Shown piece after piece: positions 21,105 through 32,146 of a DNA stretch of 64,000 bases. The stretch lies in assembly GCF_009914755.1 (NCBI RefSeq), contig NC_060937.1. One strand, 5' to 3'. Numbering within the stretch: position 1 is the stretch's first letter; the number at the start of each line of letters is the position of its first letter. The notes beneath the pieces are model-generated. The model was given only the letters and a program-made list of their open reading frames with translations, did not search any database and was not told the origin of the DNA. Both the position numbers and the translations under genes were made by a program. The DNA is from the human T2T-CHM13v2.0 reference genome, Homo sapiens.

Positions 21105-21691
21105 TCATCTCAAAAAAAAAAAAACAAAAAACATAGTAGCTGTTATTTTGCTATTTCACTCTGCTATTGCTGCATGTAGTTTTTGTTAGCAGATTCTGTA
21201 AGTTAACAGGTTAAACTACCTTTTCTCTCTGATTGCCTCAGATTCTGTCCCATATTCCTCTTAGGTAAATCTGTGCTTAGAAAGGTAAGCTGGCATCAAT
21301 GATATCAGACTTTTCCCTACAGTGTTCACAGACAAAGTACATAAAAAGTATCGTGACTTTCCTTCAATATTCCTATTATGCTTCAAATATGCATTTCTAT
21401 CTCGTTTATAAAGAGCAATAACAAATTATTTCATTGCCTTTTTATAATTTCATTAAGGATCTTATTTTTGGCTCAAGGCTTATTCTTAAAAATTCTTATG
21501 AGCATGGTCTTTTCTTCTCTTTGCTTTCTATTATTCTTGATTTATCCATTTAAGTGACTTTAATGCTCACAAAATCTGGTAGTAAATAAAGTTTATTCAT
21601 CTCATCATTATTAAGTGTTTACTATATGCTAAGCCCTGTGCTGGAGATACTAATTGTAGTAAGACATGCCTTCTGTTTTTTTTTTTTTTGA

Positions 21692-21835
<144 letters not shown>

Positions 21836-23021
21836 TAATTTTGTATTTTTAGTAGAGACGGGGTTTCTCCATGTTGGTCAGGCTGGTCTTGAACTCCCGA
21901 TCTCAGGTGATCTGCCTGCCTCGGCCTCCCAAAGTGCTGGAATTACAGGCATGAGCCACCGTGCCCGGCAAGCCTTCTATTTTCAAGAAGCTTATTGTCT
22001 ACTGCAGATGTGATATTATCGCTGTTGTTCAAACTACTGGAGTTATTTTTAGCTTACTTTTCTACTCAAAAATGTTTTATTCAATGTACTGCCAAAACTT
22101 TCTACTTATATGATCCCCAGTTTTCATACCTTCAGAAACTGAAGACTATAGCCGTCATTAACGAGTGTGGGCTTGGGATCCAGACTATGCAGGTTACAAT
22201 CATGACTCCACTCTTTCCTAAATATGTGACCTTGGGCAGGTCACCGTTTTGTGCTTCAGTTTCCTCTTCTGTTGTGAGTCATTATATATCAAGTGCTTAG
22301 AACAGTGGGTGGCATACAGTAAACACTTAATAAATGTCAAACTGTTACTAGTTTGTTTCTCTAAGATGGCAGAAACAATCTAATTCTGATTTTGGGGGTT
22401 CATTATTTTGTAATTGCTATTAGTTCTTGCAGTATCTCAAAGAGGCTTCTGATGTTACTATGTAAATATATTAATATTATAAAATTGATTGACAGGAACT
22501 CCCTCCATCATCCATGCTAGAGTGCAGTGGCACGATCATAGCTCACTGTAACCTTGAACTTCTGGGCTCAGGTGATCCTCCCACCTTGGCCTCCAGTGCT
22601 AGAGATGAGTAAGACTATAAGGAAATGAACACCTTTGTGACTAAGTCTGTATTCTTGCCTTTAACATATAATTTCCTAAAGTTTCATAGGCTGAAATAGG
22701 TTTCTTTGATTTGGATAAATTTATGTACATTTAAACTTATACCCTAGCTTTATTTTTAAATCTCTGAAAACTGTTACATGATTGTAGTTTATAGTTAAGT
22801 TCATGAGAGTTATGCAGGCACTTTAGGGTAAGAATAGCTTCTGTCTACAAAAATTATGTTTCTCAGAATTATAATGATAATGAAGCTAAACAAACAAAAG
22901 AAAATCTGACTTTTTAAATAAACATCTTTTAAAAATCATTTATATCCAAAGAGATATATAATTTTTTACTTATGGAAAGTTATTTCTTTAAAATTATCAA
23001 AAGGCAGACAATGACAAGAAG

Positions 23022-23027
23022 TTTATT
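23022..23027 (-). terminator. ALG5: ALG5 polyadenylation signal AATAAA
   Basis: Plus-strand TTTATT about 85 nt past the stop, followed on the transcript by U/GU-rich sequence. A variant AGTAAA lies at 22970-22965. Confidence 0.75.
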
Positions 23028-23110
23028 TCAGCTTTACTTAAAATTTTAGTTTCAAATGAAATGAAATGTGACACTGAAGCATAAGAACACAACTGAAGAC
23101 TGCAAACAAC

Positions 23111-23226
23111 CTAATTCATTTTCCGAGTTTGCTCAAGCCTCCAGGCACCAGTCAAATATCGAAGTCGTATAAAAAGTAGGTCTTTACCCATTTGTAGCCA
23201 GCTCCAGAATGGAACTAATTTAGAAC
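23111..23226 (-). CDS. ALG5: ALG5 last coding exon (exon 10, coding part)
   Basis: cacag|GTTCT...; translates (G)SKLVPFWSWLQMGKDLLFIRLRYLTGAWRLEQTRKMN, then TAG at 23113-23111. Confidence 0.97.
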
Positions 23227-25681
23227 CTGTGATTTAAAAATAATTAAAAACAAATTAGCTTAAATAAACTCAGCAGAAAACGTATCCGTTTAAAGTCAGT
23301 CTACATGATCGTTGTGAGCCTTTAGCACCTTAATTTTTTAAATCATGGACCAAAAAGTTAAACAATTTCAAAGCTGAAGTGAGTGGAGTGGTTTTCTCTA
23401 AAAACAAAAACAGAACATCTTGAAGTGAAATGAAACTTGAGAGGATCTAAATAGTGAAAATTTCATACGGCCCTACTATAGAAAGGAAGGACTACATATG
23501 GTGAGGGCTCTAGAAGTCTAATAAAAAAACTACTCACTGAGTGCTCATTACTGAAAATAATTACATATGAAACAACTAAAGATACAGCACAACAGATAAA
23601 TATGATTATTTCTACATAAATCCAATCTTAATGATAAAAAATAAAGCCTATGATCAGACTTAAGATAATTTTGTCCAGACCTCTTTGTCTCGGGCTACAC
23701 AAGAACACCAGCCTAATTAAATATCTGATCCACATATCACAGCAGATTCTTTTTTTGTTTTTTTTTAAACAAGATCTTGCTCTGTCACCCAGGCTGTAGT
23801 GCAGTGACACGATTATGGCTCACTGTAACCTTGACCTCCCGGGCTCAAACGATCCAGTCCTCCTACCTCAGCCTCCCCAGTAGCTGGGAGTACAGGAGGC
23901 ACGCACCACACCTGCCTAATTTTACAATTTTTTTATAGAGATGAGGTCTCACTGTGTTGCCCAGGCTGGTCTCAAACTCCTAGGCTCAAGTGATCCTCCC
24001 AACTTAGGCTCCCAAAGTGCTGGGATTACAGGCATGAGTGACTGCACCCAGCCACAGCAGATTCTTATAACCATTACTTATAGTATATACGTGCAGATAA
24101 AGTATCAGGAGGAAGGTTTAACATTTCATTATCATTTTAATTATACTTTATATTTAAAGAAGACCTTTTTCACTGCTCTGAATTTATATGACAGCTTTCT
24201 TCTGAAAACATTACCACCAAAGCACTGTAGAGACATTATCGTTTATCAGGGCCAAAAATTATCTTCATCCCACAAATGAGGAAGTTGAGGTACCTACAAT
24301 TCATATTACAAGACAACTATCTCTGTAATGCAAATAAGCAAATGACTAAACATAAAATGGACTTTTACTTTTCCCCACCTCATCTTCCCATAGAGTCTAG
24401 GTTGGCCAAAGATCAACACAAATCAACAAAGTTGATCATGATACCCCTGAGTGATCCTTTGACCTGCTTCCCAATCCCCTTTGATTCTAGGCAGCTACTG
24501 TGGAGATGAGCTAAGATTTTGTAAACTCAGTTTGATTCAGCAAGATGTAAAGAGGTTTGAATTCATCCTAGACTATACAGTTTGTATAATCTCGAGACTG
24601 GTTCTTAACCTTTTTCTGTCCCTAAACATCTGAGGTTACAGAGCAATAATGGTTTACTGCAACAAGGACTCTCACCAGAAGAGCTGGACTTCGAAAAAGT
24701 CTCCAGTTGATTATGTTAACTGCTCCCACACTGTGAATTAATTTAGGTTCATTCTAAGGTAAGGAGAAAACTAGAATATGTTTAAAATTCTATACAGCCA
24801 GAGCTGTCTAAGCCTTTTAAAATAGGAATTATTAAGATTTATGATAGATTTCAAGTTATTATAGAGTTGGGATCTTTATACTTTTGGATATATGTACAGA
24901 TATAGTTTTTAAATGGCTCTGGATTGACTGTGGACATTTGGAGTAAAAACACTTTTAGTTATTTATTTTTTCAGATGGAGTTTCACTCGTTGCCCAGGCG
25001 GGAGTGCAATGGTGCAATCTTGGCTCACCGCAACCTTTGCCTCTCGGGTTCAAGCAATTCTTCTGCCTCAGACTCCTGACTAGCTGGGATTACAGGTGCC
25101 TGACACCACGCCCGGCCATCTTTTTGTATTTTTTAGTAAAGACGGGGTTTCACCCTGTTGGCCAGACTGGTCTTGAACTCCTGACCTTAGGTGATCCACC
25201 CCCTCGGTCTCCGAAAGTGCTGGGATTACAGGCATGAGGCATGGTGCTCGGCCATAAAAAAAATTTTTATTTCTTATTTAGCTTTGCATAGTGGTTTGCA
25301 GGTACCTAATTAATATCCACCTAGTGATAAAAAAAATATAGGAAATGGTGATGCAAAAAATAAATTTATCTATCTCAAAAGACTATCAACCTTCTAACTT
25401 CAGATCACCATGACTTTGTCTATTGTAGGAAGTTTTATTGAAGTTTCTTCGACAAGGTAGTAGGCCTACTGAAGGCCCCATGAACAGACAAAAAATATAA
25501 AAGGCAGCAAGCCAGATGGAAGGTATTAGTAGGTACTATTCTCCTTGGAACTGGATCTTTGAGTCAAGACAGCTGAGAAGGGCTTGATGAAGGGAGCAAG
25601 GAGAACATTAAAGCCAGCTGACTTTACTAAACAACTGTATTATCTGACTCAAGACAATCATACAATAAACAATATACTCAC

Positions 25682-25767
25682 CTTCAATTTCTGTCCAGTT
25701 GACAGCAATTTCTGCTATTGGAATTTTAAAGAACTGTGCTATGTACAGTAGTTCTACATCAAATGCC
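25682..25767 (-). CDS. ALG5: ALG5 coding exon (exon 9, 86 nt)
   Basis: ttttag|GGCATTT...GAAG|gtgagt; translates (W)AFDVELLYIAQFFKIPIAEIAVNWTEIE(G). Its phase completes the split TG|G codon from exon 8. Confidence 0.97.
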
Positions 25768-27274
25768 CTAAAATAGAAAATATATTGATATTTATTTTTA
25801 AAGACAAATAGAACACAACTACATCTCTACCTTGGCATGTTTTAAAGAAGCTTACATGGCAGATATAAAGCTTATACCATAAATCTGAAGATCAGATTCA
25901 CAGAAATCAAATAATTCAAAGCTGAGTAGTTCAGAAGTTTCAAGTCAAATAATAATTTAGAATATCATTGCATAATATTGTATCTCTATTACAACTCAGA
26001 AACTCACAGAGGTAAAACTAGCCTCATGGGTTCCAAGAAAAAATTTAATCCTGGAAAATTTCAAGATTGATGGTTTTCAATCCTAACCTTAACTGGACTA
26101 GCTCAAGGTAAAGAACTGACATTTTCAACTGATTCAGACAGCTGATAAAACAAAACTCTGAGATGCTCTAGTTGAGACTGTTTTACATTACTTTAGAGTT
26201 GGTTGCCTATTTTCTTCTACCATCAGAGGATCCAGATTACTTTTCTAATAGTGTCCCCAGGGCCTTCCTTGTCTTTTCTGTTCCCCTTCCCTGTGGTGTC
26301 CTGCACAATATAATACTGGCAACTATTGAAAGTAAAAAGCTACTTTGGACTAGTCTGAAATACTCTTTGGGTATAATTAATACATACATAGGAATCTGAT
26401 ATATTGTCTTACTTGTCCTAATATATACTGTTAAAACCATTTCCAGTCTAAATCTCCAGTGTATCCTTCCTTCCACTTACGAAAGGTCTTTCTTAAAGCC
26501 TCTTTTCAGTCAGTGCCTTGGCTTAGGTCAAACCTGCTTTCCTTAAAGGTTCTGAATCCTGACTCATAAGTTTTCCTGGATTCTGCTTACAAAATTTCTC
26601 TGAACTAGTTGCTTCTCTCACTGGTATTAAAGCTCAGGAAGAAAAGCACTACTACCTGTTAAATCTTCTTCATCGTCATTGAAACTGTCTAAAGTCCTTG
26701 ACTGTTTTGCCTTCATCCATGAGTCAGTCCCCACTTTCTAGGCTGCACAGAGCACAGTTCAAACTTCTAGGGCCTGGTGTAAAACATTATTAATACAGAC
26801 AAGAAAATGCCTAAAGTCCACTTATATTTGATTTCTCCAATCCCAGACAACTTGAATTTGGGAGATTTTTTGGTTTTTTGCCACAATACCATAATCATCC
26901 ATTAGGTAAATAGTTTAAATTCCAAGTATTATGATAAAACCACTTACAAAAGTGGGTTGTATTTTAAAACTTTCGTCCCCTAGAATTGTGATACTTATGA
27001 AAAAAGAAATAATTTCAATATTAAGCCTGGTGCTTTACCCTTAACTTTCCTTTTAACACAAAAACAAAATATTAGCTAGTGGGCTGAGTTAGTTCTAATG
27101 ATACTTGATAACCTGAAAAAGATTATTATATATTATTTCTAAGGATATCAGTATATAGCTAGTGACTTATCAAATACACAAAACAATTGAGTAAAAAAGA
27201 GTGGGGTGGTTAACTGAAATCACCTTATATTAAAAAAAAAAATCCTAGACCAAAAGGGTTTTTCGGTTTGTTTT

Positions 27275-27657
27275 AAACAGGGTCTTACTCTGTCATCCAG
27301 GCTGGAATGCAGTGGCGCAATCAGGGCTCACTGCAGCCTCAACCTCCCTGGACTCAGGTGATCCTCCCACCTTTGCCTCCTGAACATCTGGGAGCATAGG
27401 CCCAGATATTCCTTACTAGTCCTATAATTTTATCTTCTTTTCTAGTTTTGTTCTTTTGAGATTTCCTCAATTTTATTATCTAGCCCTCTTTTTGAATTTT
27501 CATCTCTGTGCCACCATGCCTGGTTAATTTTTGTATTTTTTGTAGAGAAGAGGTTTCATTATGTATCCCAGGTCTTGAACTCCTGGGCTTAAATGATCCG
27601 CCTGGCTTGACCTCCCAAAGTCCTGAGATTACAGGCTTGAGCCACTGTGTCTGACCC
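27275..27657 (-). repeat. AluJ-like element interrupted by a 108-bp foreign insert (27401-27508)
   Basis: Alu text breaks at ...gggagcatagg and resumes at tgccaccatgcctgg. Confidence 0.85.
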
Positions 27658-29928
27658 AAAATTAAATTATGTCTTTCTCCTCTTAAACATTTTAGAAGAC
27701 ATTTATTACACATACAAAAAAATGCAGCTCATATCATCATATTATAAGTGCCCAGTCTGTTACCTAAGCAAACATTTTAACTAAAATACCAAGTACTTCT
27801 ATACAGAGCCTTATGTTATTAGGGGGAAACAGTATAAGGGTTATTCTCCAACTAAGATGCCTTCATTTGTTTATGCAAATATGGGTTGGGCTGAGCCACT
27901 GTGTTTTCTTTTCTTACTCAGTTCCTGGTACAGCTGTTATCTCACTAACAGATTCCTAAAGGACAAAAAATATGCTGAGACCCTGTTAAACCCACCAGAT
28001 GGACATGAACCCCACTGCTGCCTCCTGCAGCCCTATCAAAATTAACACAACAATATGGAATAAACATATAAGAACAAAGATGGGAGGAAATGATAATAAA
28101 AATAAAAAAAACCTTGGAAGTTGTAGGGAACATGGACAGGACAGTGGGAGAAGGGTGCCACAGAGCACCCCAGAGGCTCAGGCATTGAAGGCCTCAACTG
28201 ATGTCTTCAGGTGAAGACACAGGTGGGGCTGCAAGTAGGACTCACTGAACATCTAAGATTTTCCTTCCCTTCATGCCTTTTCTCTGTTGGTTCTGTGAAT
28301 GCTAACAGCCAGGCTCACAGCTCCTAGGCAGGAGATTGAAGGACTCTACTTTCATGAAAATGACCTGTCCAAAAGACAATGCCAGTTGGGACTTTCTCAC
28401 ACGTAGCTCTGCTGGTTTAACCTGTAGCGAAATTTACCAATCAGAGGCTCTGCGCATGGACACAGCTTCTACTGAGTGTTTTAGTGCCATACTATAGACA
28501 TGTGAAGAATGAGTGTTAAAAAGAAACACAAAATCAGAGGCAACAGAAACAATGCAGGTAAAGAAAATGACAAAGTTTTAAATAAGATATTCAGAGGTAG
28601 TGGAAGACACTGTAGTCATGCAACAAGAATAGGTTTTTTAAAAAGTTAATACTGAAAAACAAAAAAAAAGAGTTCTAGGAAATTACAATTTTGATAGCAG
28701 AGATAAAAATTCAAAAAGAAGATTGGATAATAAAATTGAGGAAATCTCAAAAGATCAAAACTAGAAAAGAAGAGAGAAGATAAAATTACAGGACTAGTAA
28801 GGAGGTTCCACATCTGTTTGTAAGAGAGCAGAGAAAATGAACAGAGATTGTGAAAAAAAAAAAAAAAAAAAAAAAAAAGATTAAGAAACATTTCTCAGAA
28901 CTAAAGGACATGACTTTTCAATAGATGGTGTTGGGAAAACTGGATATCCCTATGCAGAAGGACGAAACTGGACCCTTATATCAAAAAACTAAAACAAAAA
29001 CAAACCTCAACATGGATTAAAGACTTACACACTTACACGTAAGACCTGAAACTGTAAAACTACTAGAAGAAAACATATGGAAAAAACTAAATGACACTGG
29101 TCTGGGCCATGTGTTTTTTATTAGATTGGATCCCAAAAGCATAGGCAATAAAAGCAAAAACAGACAAATGGGATTACATCAAACTAAAAAGCTTCTGCAC
29201 AACAAAAGAAATACTAACAGACTGTACAGACAACCTATGGATTGGGAGAAAATATCTGTAGGCCATATATCTGATAAGGGGCTAACATCACAAATATACA
29301 AGGAACTCAACTCCATAGAAAGAAAACAATTAATTTGATTAAAAAATGGGCAAGGGACCTGAATAGACATTTCTCAAAAGATGACATACAGATGGCCAAG
29401 AGATATATGAAAAAATGCTCAGCATCACTAATCATTAAGGAAATGCAAATTAAAGCCCCTGTCAGAATGGCCATTATAAAAAAGATGACACAACAAGCAC
29501 TGGTGAGGAGGTGGAGAAGTGGGAAACCTTGTACACTGTTGGTGAGAATGTAAATTAGTATAGTGATTATGGGAAAGTGTATGGAGGTCCCTCAAAAAAC
29601 TAAAAACAGAATTACCATATGGTCCAGAAATCTCACTTTTGAGTATTTATCCAAAAGATTTGAAATCAGTATGTTGAGGAGATAACTGCACTCTCATGTT
29701 CACTGCAGCGCTGTTCACAACAGCCAAGTTATCCAATCAACCTAAGGGTCTGTCAACAGAAAAACTGGGAAGGAAAATGTGGTATATGTACACAATGAAA
29801 TATTATTCAGCCTTGGGCAACCTCCTTTGGGTCCCCTCCCCTTGTATGGGAGCTCTGTTTTCACTCTATTACATCTTGCAACTGCACACTCCTCTGGTCC
29901 GTGTTTGTTACGGCTCGAGCTGAGCTTT

Positions 29929-31277
29929 AAGAGGTGGCAGTCTTACACTGCTGGGATCATCAGAAAGGAAAGAAAAGAGAAATAGAAGGGAACCGCCCAG
30001 CAGATATTGAAGCCAAAAAAGCCAAAAGAGCTACAAGGCGGGACCCTCCATTAGAAATGCTTATAGAAGGACCCCTAGTATGGGGTAATCTCCTCCAGGA
30101 AACGAAGCCCCAGTACTAAGCAGAAGAAATAGAATGAGGCACCTCATGAGGACATAGTTTCCTCCCCTCAGGATGGCTAGCCACCGAAGAAGGAAAAATA
30201 CTTTTGCCTGCAGCTAACCAATGGAAATTACTTAAAACCCTTCACCAGACCTTTCACTTAGGCATTGATAGCACCCATCAGATGGCCAAATCGTTATTTA
30301 CTGGACCAGGACTTTTCAAAACTATCAAGCAGATAGTCAGGGCCTGTGAAGTGTGCCAAAGAAATAATCCCCTGCCTTATCGCCAAGCTCCTTCAGGAGA
30401 ACAAAGAACAGGCCATTACCAGGAGAACACTGGCAACTAGATTTTACCCACATGCCCAAATCTCAGGGATTTCAGTATCTACTAGTCTGGGTAGATACTC
30501 TCACTGGTTGGGCGGAGGCCTTCCCTTGTAGGACAGAAAAGGCCCAAGAGGCAATAAAGGCACTAATTCATGAAATAATTCCCAGATTCGGACTTCCCTG
30601 AGGCTTACAGAGTGACAATGGCCCCGCTTTCAAGGCTGCGGTAACCCAGGAAGTATCCCAGGCGTTAGGCATACAATATCACTTACACTGCGCCTGGAGG
30701 CCACAATCCTCAGGAAGAGTCGAGAAAATGAACGAAACACTCAAATGACATCTAAAAAAGCTAACCCAAGAAACCCATCTTGCATGGCCTGCTCTGTTGC
30801 CTACAGCCTTACTAGGAATCCGAAACTCTCCCCAAAAAGCGGGACTTAGCCCATATGAAATGCTGTATAGACAGCCACTCCTAACCAATGACCTTGTGCT
30901 TGACCAAGAGACGGCCAAGTTAGTTGCAGACATCACCTCCTTAGCCAAATATCAACAAGTTCTTAAAACATTACAGGAAGCCTGTCCCCGAGAAGAGGGA
31001 AAGGAACTATTCCACCCTGGAGACATGGTATTAGTCAAGTCCCTTCCCTCTAATTCCGCATCCCTAGATACATCCTGGGAAGGACTCTATCCAGTCCTTT
31101 TATCTACCCCAACCGCGTTTAAAGTGGCTGGTGTGGAGTCTTGGATACATCACACTTGAGTCAAACCCTGGATACTGCCAAAGGAAACCGAAAATCCAGG
31201 AGACAACGCTAGCTATTCCTGTGAACCTCTAGAGGATCTGTGCCTGCTCTTTAAGCGACAACCGTGAGGAAAGTAAC
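29929..31277 (+). pseudogene. HERV-W pol remnant (end of RNase H plus integrase), disrupted
   Basis: HHCC zinc finger LHQTFH...CEVC (ORF 30204..30440), WQLDFTHMPK and LSPYEMLY (ORF 30797..31159), with several stops and frameshifts. Confidence 0.9.
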
Positions 31278-31301
31278 TAGAATCGCAGATCCCCAATCCC
31301 C

Positions 31302-31589
31302 ATGGCCTTCCCTTGTCATATTTTCCTCCTTACTGTTCTCTTACCCCCTTTCACTCTCACCGCACCCCCTCCATGCCGCTGTACCACCACTAGCTCTCCT
31401 TACCAAGAGCTTCTATGGAGAATGTGGCTTCCTGGAAATACTGATGCCCCAATGTATAGGAGTTTTTCTAAAGGAAACCCCACTTTCACTGCCCACACCC
31501 ATATGCCCCTGCACTTCAGGCCATACATTTCAATCCCTGTATTTTTAACCTCCTTGTTAAGTTTGTCTCTTCCAGAATTGAAGCTGTAA
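31302..31589 (+). CDS. Residual HERV-W env ORF, 95 aa (signal peptide plus fused SU fragments); expression unknown
   Basis: MAFPCHIFLLTVLLPPFTLTAPPPCRC...FTAHTHMP closely resembles the syncytin-1 N-terminus (MALPYHIFLFTVLLPSFTLTAPPPCRC). It then jumps to LHFRPYISIPV and goes out of frame. Confidence 0.45.
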   Translation: MAFPCHIFLLTVLLPPFTLTAPPPCRCTTTSSPYQELLWRMWLPGNTDAPMYRSFSKGNPTFTAHTHMPLHFRPYISIPVFLTSLLSLSLPELKL

Positions 31590-31818
31590 AACTACAAGTG
31601 GTTCTTCAAATGGAGCCCCAGATGCAGTGCATGACTAAGATCTACCATGGACCCCTGGACTGGCCTGCTAGCCCATGCTCCGATGTTGATGGCATCGAAG
31701 GCACCCCTCCAGAGGAAATCTCAACTGCATGACCCCTACTACGCCCCAATTCAGCAGGAAGCGGTTAGAGCGGTGGTCTCCCCAGCAGCACTTGGGTTTT
31801 CCTGTTGAGAGTGGGAAC

Positions 31819-32146
31819 TGAGAGACAGGACTAGCTGGATTTCCTAGGCCGACTAAGAATTCCTTAGCCTAGCTGGGAAAGGTGACCGCATCTACCTTTA
31901 AACATGGGGCTTGTAACTCAGCTCACACCCAACCAATCAGGTTGTAAAGAGGGCTCACTGAAATACAAATTAGGCTAAAGCAGGAGGTAAAGAAATAGTC
32001 AAATCATATATCGCCTGAGAGCACAGGGGGAGGGACAATGATCGGGATTATAAACCCAGGCATTCGAGCAGGAAGTGGCAACCCCCTTTGGGTCCCCTCC
32101 CATTGTATGGGAGCTCTGTTTTCACTCTATTAAATCTTGCAACTGC
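31819..32146 (+). promoter_or_regulatory. LTR17 U3-R (3' LTR of the retrocopy) with CCAAT and TATA boxes
   Basis: Begins TGAGAGACAGGACTAGCTGGATTTCCTAGG after a purine tract; CCAAT at 31933-31937 and TATAAA at 32049-32054. Confidence 0.8.
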
